Source: a bacterium (GTDB taxonomy: Bacteria; Bacillota_I; Bacilli_A; RF39; UBA660). Taken from it: DNA of 51,693 nucleotides. Of the stretch, positions 29,313 through 39,846 are shown in pieces. The stretch covers positions 1 through 51,693 of the forward strand of contig CAVIUA010000045.1 of the NCBI GenBank assembly GCA_963645945.1. Reading direction: 5' to 3'. Position 1 is the first letter of the stretch, and the number at the start of each line of letters is the position of its first letter. Position numbers and translations under genes: made by a program. The notes beneath the pieces were generated by a model, which searched no databases, was not told the DNA's origin, and saw only the letters and a list, made by a program, of their open reading frames with translations.

Positions 29313-30067
29313 TGAAATTCAAAGTAATAGCGTCCGGTTCTAAAGGAAATAGTACGGTTATATTAACTGATACCACAAAAATAGTTATAGACATGGGAAT
29401 TTCCTATTTAACTCTAAAAAAGAGTTTAGAAGAAGATTCCCTTTCTTTAGATAATTTTACCGGAATTTTAATAACCCATTGCCACAAAGACCATATAAAC
29501 GGCCTAGCTTCGCTAGTTAAACACACAAAATTAAAAGTATACATTCCTGAAAAAATGTATGATAGTTTAAAAGAAGTATTAGAAAAAGACTCATGCATAT
29601 TTATAGATGATAATTTTTCAATTGGGGACTTAAATATAGAACTAATTCATACATCACACGATGCTCCAGCATCCGTAGGATACATAATTGAAAATAATAA
29701 AAAGACACTTGTCTATGTAACAGATACTGGTTATATAAATAGAAAATTTTTAGCCAGAATGACAAAAAAAGACTGTTATATAATAGAAAGTAATCATGAT
29801 GAAAAAATGTTAATGGATGGACCATATCCAAGATTCCTAAAAGAAAGAGTAATTAGTGATAAAGGCCATTTATCAAATACCACTACAGCTAAATACCTTC
29901 AAAAAATAATTGGAGATAATACTAAAAATATAGTACTAGCTCACTTAAGTGAAACAAATAACACCGAAGAGTTAGCATTAACTACTGTAAAAGATACTTT
30001 AAATAACGATAATTTAAATATTATAGTTGCTCACCAACATGATCCTAGTCCTATAATAGAGGTGTAA
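29312..30067 (+). CDS. MBL-fold metallo-hydrolase (YycJ/WalJ-like)
   Basis: 251 aa. It contains ITHCHKDHINGL (HxHxDH) and a C-terminal LAHLS. Confidence 0.8.
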   Translation: MKFKVIASGSKGNSTVILTDTTKIVIDMGISYLTLKKSLEEDSLSLDNFTGILITHCHKDHINGLASLVKHTKLKVYIPEKMYDSLKEVLEKDSCIFIDDNFSIGDLNIELIHTSHDAPASVGYIIENNKKTLVYVTDTGYINRKFLARMTKKDCYIIESNHDEKMLMDGPYPRFLKERVISDKGHLSNTTTAKYLQKIIGDNTKNIVLAHLSETNNTEELALTTVKDTLNNDNLNIIVAHQHDPSPIIEV

Positions 30068-30068
30068 T

Positions 30069-30524
30069 ATGATTAAAATAATTGCGATAGGTAACATAAA
30101 AGAAAAATATTTAAAAGATGCTATTGCTGAATACCAAAAAAGACTTCAAAAATATACAAGTCTTGAAATAATAGAGTTAAAAGATGAAAGCTTTGATGAT
30201 ATAGATAAAACTCTTAATAAAGAAGCTGAAAAAATAAAAAAACATATATCAGAAAAAGACTATATAATAACCCTAGAAATTGAAGGAAAACAACTAGACT
30301 CAATAGATTTTTCTAAAAAGTTAGAAAATATTCAATTAGAAACAAGTAATATTACCTTCATCATTGGTGGTAGTTATGGACTAAGTACTGAAATAAAAGA
30401 AATGTCTAATTATCATTTATCAATATCCAAAATGACATTTCCACATCAACTATTCAGAGTAATATTATTAGAACAAATATATAGAGCATTTAAAATTAAA
30501 AATAATGAAAGTTATCATAAGTAG
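30069..30524 (+). CDS. rlmH: 23S rRNA pseudouridine1915 N3-methyltransferase RlmH
   Basis: 151 aa SPOUT protein. It contains IIAIGNIKEKYLKDAI.EY.KRL, FIIGGSYGLS and MTFPHQL.R..L.EQIYRA. Confidence 0.88.
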   Translation: MIKIIAIGNIKEKYLKDAIAEYQKRLQKYTSLEIIELKDESFDDIDKTLNKEAEKIKKHISEKDYIITLEIEGKQLDSIDFSKKLENIQLETSNITFIIGGSYGLSTEIKEMSNYHLSISKMTFPHQLFRVILLEQIYRAFKIKNNESYHK

Positions 30525-30536
30525 GGAGATTCAACT

Positions 30537-31199
30537 ATGATAGGAAATAACTGGGATACTATATTAGAAAAAGAGTTTGAAAAAGATTATTTCAAAGAGC
30601 TAATGGAGTTTGTTAGCCAAGAATATAAAAATAAAACTATATATCCTAAACAAAATGATATATTTAATGCTTTCCGTTATACAGATTTTGACAATGTAAA
30701 GGTTGTAATTCTTGGTCAAGATCCTTATCATGGACCAAATCAAGCTGAAGGATTATCCTTTTCTGTAAGTAACGATGTCCTAAAACCACCATCATTAAAA
30801 AACATTTTTAAGGAACTAGAAAATGACTTACAAATACCTTTTCCAGAACATAATTCACTTAAGCCCTGGGCAAAAGAGGGAGTTTTCCTATTAAATGCAG
30901 TTTTAACAGTAGAAGAACATAAACCAACTTCACATAAAAATCATGGTTGGGAAACATTTACCGATAATATTATAAAAATAATTAATAATAAAAAAACACC
31001 CGTAGTGTTTATTTTCCTGGGTACATATGCTAGAAACAAGAAAAGCTTAATTACTAATCCAATACATTACGTAATTGAGTCTCCACATCCATCACCATTT
31101 TCAGCATACTCTGGTTTCTTTGGTAGTAAACCATTTTCTAAAACGAATAATTTTTTAAAAAGCAAAGGTTTAAAAGAAATAAACTGGAGAATAGAATAA
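30537..31199 (+). CDS. ung: Uracil-DNA glycosylase (family 1)
   Basis: 220 aa. It contains VVILGQDPYHGPNQAEGLSFSV and the C-terminal SPHPSPFSA. Confidence 0.93.
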   Translation: MIGNNWDTILEKEFEKDYFKELMEFVSQEYKNKTIYPKQNDIFNAFRYTDFDNVKVVILGQDPYHGPNQAEGLSFSVSNDVLKPPSLKNIFKELENDLQIPFPEHNSLKPWAKEGVFLLNAVLTVEEHKPTSHKNHGWETFTDNIIKIINNKKTPVVFIFLGTYARNKKSLITNPIHYVIESPHPSPFSAYSGFFGSKPFSKTNNFLKSKGLKEINWRIE

Positions 31200-31200
31200 A

Positions 31201-31232
31201 AAAGGTACTTCAATTTGAAGTACTTTTATTTT
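31201..31232. terminator. Bidirectional terminator between ung and pta
   Basis: GGTACTTCAA/TTGAAGTAC hairpin at 31204-31224, flanked by an A-run on the left and a T-run on the right. Confidence 0.75.
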
Positions 31233-32215
31233 TGTGCCTGAACAGCTGTAATAGCAATAACTCCAAGTATATCGTCCACGCTACAACCACGAGATAAATC
31301 ATTAACTGGCGCAGCTAAACCTTGACAAATAGGACCATACGCTTGAGCCTTAGCCAAACGTTGTACTAATTTATATCCAGCGTTACCTGCATCTAAATCA
31401 GGAAAAATCAAAACATTAGCCTTACCCGCAATTAAACTTCCTGGAGCCTTACTTTTAGCAACATCAGGTACAATTGCGGCATCAATTTGTAATTCACCAT
31501 CCATATTATAATCAGGATATTTCTCATTTGCATATTTTACAGCTCTAATAACCTTATCAACATCGGCATGTTTTGCACTACCTTTTGTTGAATGAGAAAT
31601 GAAAGCAACCAAAGGATCAGCTTTAGTAAGAAGTTTGAAACTATCAGCACTTTCTTTTGCAATACTAGCAAGTTCTACATCAGTAGGATTTTGTACTAAT
31701 CCAGAATCAGCAAAAATAAAGGTTCCATTTAAACCATAATCACAGTCAGGAACACACATTAAAAAGAAAGCAGATACTAAGTCAACTCCTTGCTTAGCTT
31801 TAATTATTTGTAAAGCCGGACGTAAAGTATCAGACGTAGGATGACATGCACCAGATACAACGCCATCAGCTTTACCTAGTTTTACTAACATACAAGCAAA
31901 ATACATATAGTCATTATGTAATAAATTATCTGCCTCATCATAAGTTAATCCCTTATCTTTCCTTAAAAAATAAAGCTCGTCAATCATTTTTTCTGTATCC
32001 GCATAAGTACTTGGATTTATTATTTCTATCTTTTCGCTTCCTTCAATATTAAACTTTTTAATTTCCTCGCTATCACCAATAACAACAATTCTAGCAATCC
32101 CTTCATCAGTAGCTCTAACAGCAGCCTTAAGCACTCTTTCATCCATGGACTCAGGTAACACTATAGTCTTAATATTATTTTTAGCTCTTTCTTTAATACT
32201 ATCAATAAAATTCAT
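31226..32215 (-). CDS. pta: Phosphate acetyltransferase
   Basis: 329 aa. It contains IVLPES.DERVLKA, HSTKGSAKH, and the C-terminal GPICQGLAAPVNDLSRGCSVDDI. Confidence 0.93.
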   Translation of the reverse strand: MNFIDSIKERAKNNIKTIVLPESMDERVLKAAVRATDEGIARIVVIGDSEEIKKFNIEGSEKIEIINPSTYADTEKMIDELYFLRKDKGLTYDEADNLLHNDYMYFACMLVKLGKADGVVSGACHPTSDTLRPALQIIKAKQGVDLVSAFFLMCVPDCDYGLNGTFIFADSGLVQNPTDVELASIAKESADSFKLLTKADPLVAFISHSTKGSAKHADVDKVIRAVKYANEKYPDYNMDGELQIDAAIVPDVAKSKAPGSLIAGKANVLIFPDLDAGNAGYKLVQRLAKAQAYGPICQGLAAPVNDLSRGCSVDDILGVIAITAVQAQK

Positions 32216-32226
32216 ATATCATCCTT

Positions 32227-32760
32227 CTATCTATCTTTTAATATTTCAAACATTTCTCTTTTTTCATCAGAGTAAAAACTTTTCTTCTTATATCTTCTAA
32301 AGAAACCAACAATATTAGAAGGAAAAGAAACAACTAAGTTATTAAAAACAATTACAGCGTCATTATAAAACTTAACAGCACCAGTTAACTCAATTTCATT
32401 TTTCTTTAACTCTTCCAAAATACTATTTAAAGAATCACTTTTAAGTAATTTTTCATTTTCATCTATAGTTTTTAATAAATCATTATAATTTTTTCTTAAT
32501 AAATCATTAAATTCAAAATGATTAAGAGCGTCAGGATTTATATTTAAAACCTCAGGTAAAAACTCTTCTATTTTTAATTCTTTAATAATAATAGGACAAG
32601 TTCTTTCTAATAAATCTTTTTTAGTATGTAACAAAGCATCTATATTATTTTCAGCTTCTTCTATTTTAATAATCGCAAACTGAAACTTATTATTAAGTAT
32701 ACTAATAAAAATCAGAATAAGGGCTAATCCCACAACAACACCAAGAATTATTTCTAACAT
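32227..32760 (-). CDS. lemA: LemA-family membrane protein
   Basis: 177 aa from the ATG at 32760 (RBS AGAGGTGG). It has an N-terminal TM and a C-terminal FYNDAVIVFNNLVVSFPSNIVGFF block typical of LemA. Confidence 0.7.
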   Translation of the reverse strand: MLEIILGVVVGLALILIFISILNNKFQFAIIKIEEAENNIDALLHTKKDLLERTCPIIIKELKIEEFLPEVLNINPDALNHFEFNDLLRKNYNDLLKTIDENEKLLKSDSLNSILEELKKNEIELTGAVKFYNDAVIVFNNLVVSFPSNIVGFFRRYKKKSFYSDEKREMFEILKDR

Positions 32761-32848
32761 AAAACCACCTCTAATTATTACAATTATATCAAAATAGTGT
32801 TTTATAAACAACTTGATAAAATAAAAAAAGTCAATAATATGACCTTTT

Positions 32849-33091
32849 TTACATACCTAAAATTTGAGATAAACCTAACAATATTCCTAGAAGTAAAAAG
32901 AAGAATGTAATAGCTAAACCAACAATTGCACCAGACTTAGCAAATTGTGCATGATATTCTTTATTCTTTTTATCTAAGAAAAAGTAATATAGGGCAATAC
33001 CTACTGGAAAGAAGAATATTCCACATATCAATAATAATATACGATCTTCAATATCGATTTTTCCAGCATAAATATCTTTTTCCTTTTCCAT
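32849..33091 (-). CDS. Small two-TM membrane protein, function unknown
   Basis: 80 aa with two hydrophobic segments, its own RBS (GGAGGAG), and tight spacing within the PBP-lemA-pta minus-strand block. No family was recognised. Confidence 0.5.
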   Translation of the reverse strand: MEKEKDIYAGKIDIEDRILLLICGIFFFPVGIALYYFFLDKKNKEYHAQFAKSGAIVGLAITFFFLLLGILLGLSQILGM

Positions 33092-33125
33092 ATGATACTC
33101 CTCCTATAATAATTATAACATGAAA

Positions 33126-35084
33126 TTATGAAACCGTATAGTAATTATTTTTTTCATCAAAAGTTTGATCTGTACTACTAGGTTCTGTGCCTTTTACAAA
33201 AAACATCATCTTCTTTTTTTGACTAGAATCGGTTGCTGGCCTTCCAGAAATTGGGTCTACTAATACTGCAGATATATTATCTGGCATTTCATACCAAGCA
33301 TCTTCCTTACCAAGTTCATATGCTTCAATTGACTTATACCATATATCTCTAGCGAACTTATAGTCAGACTTATCAATATTTCTATTATCATCATAACCAG
33401 CCCAAACGGCCGTAACTATATCATTATTAAAACCAATATACCAAGTATCAGTATTTGTAGTGCCAGACTTAAGTCCATATTTATGTGTTAACTTAGTTGC
33501 TAAATTTATTGCGGTAGGATAATTATAATCAATATAATCTTTATCATAAGTAGCTGTTAATAAATTATTAAGAATAAAAACTAAACTAGAATTTAAGACC
33601 AATTCTTTTTTATCATTAGCTTTATACAATACTTTACCAGATGCATCAACAACTTTTTCAATCAAATGACCTTTAACCTTGTATCCTAGATTAGCAAAAG
33701 CAGAATAGCCAGAGGCCATTTCAACAATACTAATTTCATTAGTACCTAAAGGTAAAGAAGGAACACTTTCAAGTTTAGAAGTAATACCAACCCTTCGTGC
33801 TACATTAATAAGAGCCTCTTCCCCAAGAAAAAGATGTGTTTTAACAGCATAAATATTTTCTGAGTAAGCAATAGCAGCACCCATGGAAATAGGCTTATTA
33901 CCATATACATTATTATAATTACTTGGTGAATATGGCTCTTGATTACTAAAAGTAAAAGTCGTTTTTTCACTAGTAAATGCCGAACTAGATGTAAAACCAT
34001 TCTCTAAAGCGGCATAATATAAATAAGGCTTCATAGTAGAACCAACTTGTCTTTTTGAAGATATAACTCGATTATAAGAAGATTTATTATAATTTTTACC
34101 ACCAATTAACGCGATTATTGCCCCAGTATTAGGATTCATCATTACTGCCGAAGCTTCAATTTCTGAAGTATCTGGAATACTTTGTTTAACATTTTTCTCA
34201 AGAATACGTTGAGCATTTAAATCTAAATTAGTATATATTTTTAAACCTTTACTATCACTATAAGATAAAGGAATAGAGTCAATGCTTTTTAACTCTTCCA
34301 AAACGGCATCCTGATAATACATTACACTTGTTAATTCTAAAGACTCATTTTCGCCAGAAAACTTAAGTTCCTCATTAAAAGCCTTATTTTTCTCTTCCTC
34401 ACTAATAACGTTATTTTTAACAAGTAACTCTAATATAGTTAATTGTCTTTCTTTCGCAAGATCAAAATTAATTATTGGCGAATAATTAGCTGGAGACTTA
34501 GGAATACCTGTTAAAATACTTGCCTCAGCCAAGTCTAAATTTTTTGCCGATTTATTAAAATAAAACTTACTAGCATTTTCAATACCATACATACCATGTC
34601 CATAATTAATAGTATTTAAATATCCTTCTAGTATTTCATCTTTAGAATAATTAGCTTCTATTTTCATCGTATACCACATTTCATCCCATTTTCGTTTCCA
34701 TGTTTTATCAAAATCCAAGAAGAGGTTTTTAGCATATTGTTGTGTAATAGTAGAAGCACCCTGCATAGTCTTTCCAGATGTTAAGTTTATATAGCCTGCT
34801 TTCAATATTCTTAAAATATCAAATCCAAAATGTTTATAAAAATTCTTATCCTCAGTATAAATAGTAGACTTAATAACATTATCAGATATTTCATCTAAAC
34901 TAACCCAGGCTTTCGACTCATTACCTTGAAAAAATACCGTATCAGTGGAGTCATACAATGTAATATTATTAGCACTATATATTTCGGGCTTAGGAGAAGT
35001 TTTAATGTAAACAAATATTCCAACGCATAATAAAACTAGGAGTATTATCCCATACTTAAAAATTTTAAAAAAAGTCTTTTTCAA
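33126..35084 (-). CDS. Class A penicillin-binding protein (glycosyltransferase + transpeptidase)
   Basis: 652 aa with an N-terminal TM. GT51 motifs are EDKNFYKH.GFD and GASTITQQ. The transpeptidase motifs are STMKP (SxxK) and KSGTT. Confidence 0.9.
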   Translation of the reverse strand: MKKTFFKIFKYGIILLVLLCVGIFVYIKTSPKPEIYSANNITLYDSTDTVFFQGNESKAWVSLDEISDNVIKSTIYTEDKNFYKHFGFDILRILKAGYINLTSGKTMQGASTITQQYAKNLFLDFDKTWKRKWDEMWYTMKIEANYSKDEILEGYLNTINYGHGMYGIENASKFYFNKSAKNLDLAEASILTGIPKSPANYSPIINFDLAKERQLTILELLVKNNVISEEEKNKAFNEELKFSGENESLELTSVMYYQDAVLEELKSIDSIPLSYSDSKGLKIYTNLDLNAQRILEKNVKQSIPDTSEIEASAVMMNPNTGAIIALIGGKNYNKSSYNRVISSKRQVGSTMKPYLYYAALENGFTSSSAFTSEKTTFTFSNQEPYSPSNYNNVYGNKPISMGAAIAYSENIYAVKTHLFLGEEALINVARRVGITSKLESVPSLPLGTNEISIVEMASGYSAFANLGYKVKGHLIEKVVDASGKVLYKANDKKELVLNSSLVFILNNLLTATYDKDYIDYNYPTAINLATKLTHKYGLKSGTTNTDTWYIGFNNDIVTAVWAGYDDNRNIDKSDYKFARDIWYKSIEAYELGKEDAWYEMPDNISAVLVDPISGRPATDSSQKKKMMFFVKGTEPSSTDQTFDEKNNYYTVS

Positions 35085-35192
35085 GTGAATCTCTCCCTTC
35101 TTTATTAGTATTAAATGAAAAAAAATAAAATATGTATGAAAAATTAATGATTTGTGCTATAATCTAAACTATAAATTTAAGGCGGTGGTACT

Positions 35193-35543
35193 ATGCCTAA
35201 AACAAAAGTAAAAATTACTACAAAATCAAATAATATTACTGATATATATGAAATAAAAGCTTTATTAAAAAATAATAAATTAATGTATTATGAGCCAAAT
35301 AAAACCAAAGTAATTTTTGATTATGAAAATAATATATTAACTAGAATTAATGAAGAGATGTCAATGGAATATAAGTTTGACTTAGAAAATAAAACAATAG
35401 GTTATATAGAAATAAAAGAATTAGGGAAATCCTTAAATTTAAATATTAAAACAAAACAGTTCCTATCAGATAATAAAAATATTGATTTAGTATTTTTTGT
35501 AGAAGAAGAAGAGATTTGTTACAAACTGGAGGTGTTAGAATGA
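35193..35543 (+). CDS. DUF1934 (YwiB-like) small beta-barrel protein
   Basis: 116 aa, translationally coupled to argS by an ATGA overlap. The size and the upstream-of-argS position are as recalled for ywiB-type genes. The assignment rests mainly on context. Confidence 0.55.
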   Translation: MPKTKVKITTKSNNITDIYEIKALLKNNKLMYYEPNKTKVIFDYENNILTRINEEMSMEYKFDLENKTIGYIEIKELGKSLNLNIKTKQFLSDNKNIDLVFFVEEEEICYKLEVLE

Positions 35544-37288
35544 GTCTTATTAAAAAAATAGAAAAAGAAATTAAAAATATTATTGAAAGTTCAGGATACA
35601 GCCTAGAAAACTTTGTATTACAACCATCATCAAGACCAGATTTAGGTCAATATCAAATAAATGATTCCATGGTACTAGCTAAGAAATATGGTAAAAATCC
35701 AAGAGATATCGCAACTGATATCGTAAAAGAATTAGAAAAAGATAAAAGATTTGCAAATATAAATATAGCAGGTCCAGGTTTTATAAATATAAGTTTAACT
35801 GATGAATATCTTACAGAGTTATTAAATATGATAAATACTGATATCACTTCAGTTATAGATAAAAAAGAGCCAAAGAAGATAATTTTAGATTACGGTGGCG
35901 CAAATGTCGCTAAAGCATTACACGTTGGTCACTTAAGAAGTGCAAACATCGGTGAAGCTTTAAAGAGACTAGCAACATTACTAGGATATGAAGTTTTAGG
36001 TGATGCTCATTTAGGAGACTACGGAAGACCATTAGGATTTGTTGTTTTAGAAATAAAAAAACGCTATCCAGACTTACCATATTTTGATTCAAATTACACC
36101 GGTGACTATAGTGAAATAGAACTACCTATAACAAATGAAGAACTAGAAAAAATATATCCAGAAGCTTCTAGAAAAGCTAAAGAAGATGAAAGCTACCTAG
36201 AAGAAGGGCGTGATGTAACTGCTAAAATACAAAATCATGTACCAGGATATTATGACCTATGGAAAAAAGTTGTTGATATTTCAAAAGAAGATATTAAAAA
36301 AGTATATGATGACCTTAATGTTCATTTTGAGCTATGGCAAGGAGAAAGTGATGCTGCAGAATACTTTAATGAATTAGAAGAATTCTTTGATAAATCAGGT
36401 GTTCTAATAGAAAGTTCAGGAGCTAAAATCATTGAAGTAAAAGAAGAAACTGATAAAGCCCCAATGCCACCATTACTTTTTGTAAAATCAAACGGAACAT
36501 TGTCATATGAAACAACTGATTTAGCAACTATTCTTGAAAGAAAGAAAAATTATAATCCAGACGAAATTTGGTATTTAACAGATGCAAGACAAGAATTACA
36601 TTTTATACAAGTATTTAGAGCAGCAAAAAAAGCAAAACTTGTAAATGATGATATAAAACTAGTTTGGTTTGGCTTTGGTACTATGAACGGTAAAGACGGT
36701 AAACCATTTAAGACAAGAGATGGTGGTGTAATGTCTTTAAAAGGGTTAATTAATTTAATCTATGATGAGACAATAAAAAGAATTAATCCCGAAACAGTCA
36801 GTGAAGATGAAAAAGAAAAAGTTGCTAAAACTGTTGCTATAGCAGCCTTAAAATATGCTGACTTCTTACCATATCGTGGTACGGATTATATTTTTGAGGT
36901 TGAAAAATTTGCTGATTTAGAAGGAAAAACAGGACCATATTTACTATATTCTACAATTAGAATGAAATCCCTTTTAAACAAAGCAAAAGATATAAAACAA
37001 GAAAAAGCAACAACTTTAACAACCATTACAGAAAGAGAAATAATATTAAATCTTTTAAATTTACCAAGAGTATTAGACAAAGCCATAGAAGCAAAATCAT
37101 TAAATGATATAGCAGAATATCTTTATAAATTAACCTCTCAATATAATAAATTCTATTCAGAAAATAAAATAATTACTGAAGAAAATGAATATATCAGAGA
37201 ATCTTGGTTAATCCTAACTACTGTTGTATATAATATAAACATGTTACTACTAAACACATTAGGAATATCTGTTCCAGAAAAAATGTAA
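35540..37288 (+). CDS. argS: Arginine--tRNA ligase
   Basis: 582 aa from the ATG at 35540 (RBS GGAGGTG). It has the HIGH-type HVGHLRS and the anticodon-binding C-terminus ending ...LLNTLGISVPEKM. Confidence 0.95.
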   Translation: MSLIKKIEKEIKNIIESSGYSLENFVLQPSSRPDLGQYQINDSMVLAKKYGKNPRDIATDIVKELEKDKRFANINIAGPGFINISLTDEYLTELLNMINTDITSVIDKKEPKKIILDYGGANVAKALHVGHLRSANIGEALKRLATLLGYEVLGDAHLGDYGRPLGFVVLEIKKRYPDLPYFDSNYTGDYSEIELPITNEELEKIYPEASRKAKEDESYLEEGRDVTAKIQNHVPGYYDLWKKVVDISKEDIKKVYDDLNVHFELWQGESDAAEYFNELEEFFDKSGVLIESSGAKIIEVKEETDKAPMPPLLFVKSNGTLSYETTDLATILERKKNYNPDEIWYLTDARQELHFIQVFRAAKKAKLVNDDIKLVWFGFGTMNGKDGKPFKTRDGGVMSLKGLINLIYDETIKRINPETVSEDEKEKVAKTVAIAALKYADFLPYRGTDYIFEVEKFADLEGKTGPYLLYSTIRMKSLLNKAKDIKQEKATTLTTITEREIILNLLNLPRVLDKAIEAKSLNDIAEYLYKLTSQYNKFYSENKIITEENEYIRESWLILTTVVYNINMLLLNTLGISVPEKM

Positions 37289-37396
37289 AAAAGTGTTGTA
37301 ATTGAAAAAGATATATGATATAAGTTTATTGGTAATTTTATTACCCGGTCAAAAATGATATTAAAACATATAATGTTTTGAATATAGGAGGACAAT

Positions 37397-37843
37397 ATGA
37401 GCATAAAGAAAATGACAAAAGATGAATTAGAACTATTATCAAATAAAGATATAACAAATTTAATCTTAGAAGAAAGTAAAAAACCAATAAATACAGCCGA
37501 TTTGTTCAAGAAAATAATTAAATTATTAGAATTGCCTGAAAGTACATTTGAAAAAAAAATAGCTGATTATTATACAGCTCTTAGTACAGATAAGAGATTC
37601 ATTTTATTAGAAGATGGAACATGGGATTTACGCAGTCGTCATACATCAGATAAAGTTGTAAAAATAATGGAAGATGAAGAAGAAGAAAATGAAGAAAATA
37701 AGGAAGAAATAGAAGAAACAATAGAAGAAGACGAAGAAGATTCATATGATGATAAAGACGACGATGATTATAACGACGACACCAACGAAGAACTAAAAGA
37801 TTTAGTTGTAATTGATGAAGACGAATTAGAACTAGAACAATAG
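37397..37843 (+). CDS. rpoE: RNA polymerase delta subunit
   Basis: 148 aa. An N-terminal HARE-HTH-like domain (YTALSTDKRFILLEDGTWDLR) is followed by an extremely acidic D/E tail. Confidence 0.85.
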   Translation: MSIKKMTKDELELLSNKDITNLILEESKKPINTADLFKKIIKLLELPESTFEKKIADYYTALSTDKRFILLEDGTWDLRSRHTSDKVVKIMEDEEEENEENKEEIEETIEEDEEDSYDDKDDDDYNDDTNEELKDLVVIDEDELELEQ

Positions 37844-37908
37844 TTTCTAGTTTTTTTGATTAAAACTATGATATAATACGATTAAATCAACCGGAAAGGG
37901 TGAAAAAA

Positions 37909-38976
37909 ATGATAGAAAGATTAGAAGTAACTTTAGAAAAGTACCAAACTTTAGAAAAAGAATTAACTAAACCAGAAGTCCTAAGTGATATTAAGAAAAC
38001 AAGAGAATATTCAAAAGAAATGTCTTCACTTGAAGATATTGTTAATTGTTACAAAAAGTATAAAAAAGTATTAGCTGGTATAGAAGAAACTAAAGAAATG
38101 TTAAAAGATTCTGAAATAGGAGAAATGGCTAAAGAAGAGTTAAAAAGTTTAGAAGAAGAAAAAGCACAACTTGATCAAGAATTAGAAATATTATTAATAC
38201 CAAAGGACCCTAATGATGACAAAAATGTTGTAATGGAAATTAGAGGAGCTGCCGGTGGTGACGAAGCTAATATCTTTGCTGGTGACCTATTCAGAATGTA
38301 TACAAGATATGCTGAAAAGAAAGGTTTTAGTTACCAAGTATATAACTCAGTAGAAGGAACAGCAGGTGGATTCAGTCAAATAGAATTAATTATTAAAGGA
38401 CAAAATGCCTATTCAATATTAAAATATGAATCAGGTTCACATCGTGTTCAAAGAGTTCCAGTAACAGAGTCAAATGGTAGATTACAAACTTCAACCGCAA
38501 CAGTATTAGTTATGCCAGAAGCTGATGAGGACATTGATATTGAAATAAATCCAAATGATTTAAGAATCGATATTTATCGTTCATCAGGTTGTGGTGGACA
38601 AGGAGTAAATACAACGGATTCAGCTGTTAGAATTACCCATTTACCAACTAACACTGTAGTTACATGTCAAAATGAACGTAGTCAAATTCAAAATAAAGAA
38701 CAAGCCATGAAAGTATTAAAAACACGTCTATATGAGCTTGAGCAACAAAAAAAATTAGAAGAAGAAGGTTCACAAAGACGTAGTAAAATAGGTACTGGTG
38801 ATAGAGCCGAAAAAATAAGAACTTATAATTATCCACAAAATCGTGTAACAGACCATCGTATTGGCTACACTACAAAGAACCTAGATAGAGTAATGGATGG
38901 AGATTTAGATGATATTATCAACGCTTTAATCCAAGAAGATCAAAAACGTAAATTAAAAGGAGAAACAGAAGAATAA
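37909..38976 (+). CDS. prfA: Peptide chain release factor 1
   Basis: It contains RVQRVPVTES (RF1 PxT) and SGCGGQGVNT (GGQ). The ATG at 37909 is preferred; the GTG at 37900 is possible. Confidence 0.95.
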   Translation: MIERLEVTLEKYQTLEKELTKPEVLSDIKKTREYSKEMSSLEDIVNCYKKYKKVLAGIEETKEMLKDSEIGEMAKEELKSLEEEKAQLDQELEILLIPKDPNDDKNVVMEIRGAAGGDEANIFAGDLFRMYTRYAEKKGFSYQVYNSVEGTAGGFSQIELIIKGQNAYSILKYESGSHRVQRVPVTESNGRLQTSTATVLVMPEADEDIDIEINPNDLRIDIYRSSGCGGQGVNTTDSAVRITHLPTNTVVTCQNERSQIQNKEQAMKVLKTRLYELEQQKKLEEEGSQRRSKIGTGDRAEKIRTYNYPQNRVTDHRIGYTTKNLDRVMDGDLDDIINALIQEDQKRKLKGETEE

Positions 38977-39800
38977 TGACAGTAGAAGATCTTCTGTTTT
39001 TTGCTAAACAGCACATTCATTCAGACCATGCTAAAATACTTTTAGGTGAACTACTTAATAGAAATCCTTTAGAATTGTTAAATTATTTAGACTACGAAGT
39101 AAGTGAAGAAGACGTAAAAAAATATAAAGAATATGTCAAAGCCTTAGAAGAAGGAAGACCAATACAATATGCACTTGGATATGTTAACTTTTATGGTAAT
39201 AAATTTGTAATAAATGAAAATACCCTAATCCCAAGATTCGAAACAGAAGAATTAGTAGAAAAAACCATTGAATTTTCAAAAAAGTTTTTCACAAAACCTG
39301 TGGATATAATTGATTTAGGAACAGGTTCAGGTGTTATTGGTCTTACTCTAGAAAAAAAATTATCCACAAATTCTGTGGATTTAATAGATATAAGTCCAAA
39401 AGCATTGGAAGTTGCTCACAAAAACTGTGCAAAACTAAATTCAAAAGCCAATTTAATAGAAAGTGACATGTTCCAAAATGTGAATAAAAAATATGATATC
39501 ATTATAAGTAACCCGCCTTACATAAAAACAACAGAAGAAATTGAAAAAATAGTTAAAGATAATGAACCAGAAATTGCTTTATACGCGGGAGAGACTGGCC
39601 TAGACTGTTACAAAAAAATATTAGAAAATATTTCACCTTTTATGAAAGATAGATGTTTAGTAGCTTTTGAAATTGGTATGACCCAAGCCAATGACATAAA
39701 AGAATTAATCAATAAATATTTATCGGATGTAAGAGTAGAAGTTTATAAAGATTTATCCGAAAAAGACAGAATGATATTTATTTTTAAAAATCTTGAATAA
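38976..39800 (+). CDS. prmC: Release factor glutamine methyltransferase PrmC/HemK
   Basis: 274 aa. It contains DLGTGSGVIG (SAM) and ISNPPYI (NPPY), and is coupled to prfA. Confidence 0.9.
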   Translation: MTVEDLLFFAKQHIHSDHAKILLGELLNRNPLELLNYLDYEVSEEDVKKYKEYVKALEEGRPIQYALGYVNFYGNKFVINENTLIPRFETEELVEKTIEFSKKFFTKPVDIIDLGTGSGVIGLTLEKKLSTNSVDLIDISPKALEVAHKNCAKLNSKANLIESDMFQNVNKKYDIIISNPPYIKTTEEIEKIVKDNEPEIALYAGETGLDCYKKILENISPFMKDRCLVAFEIGMTQANDIKELINKYLSDVRVEVYKDLSEKDRMIFIFKNLE

Positions 39801-39846
39801 AAAAATAACAAAAGCCTCACTATTAAAATGAAAGTGAGGTTTTATA

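Noticed and set aside
35085-35192. I looked for a T-box leader upstream of the DUF1934-argS operon.
   Set aside because: The spacer is only about 108 nt and holds a TGCTATAAT extended -10 plus an RBS. There is no specifier-loop or T-box sequence, and no terminator/antiterminator pair.
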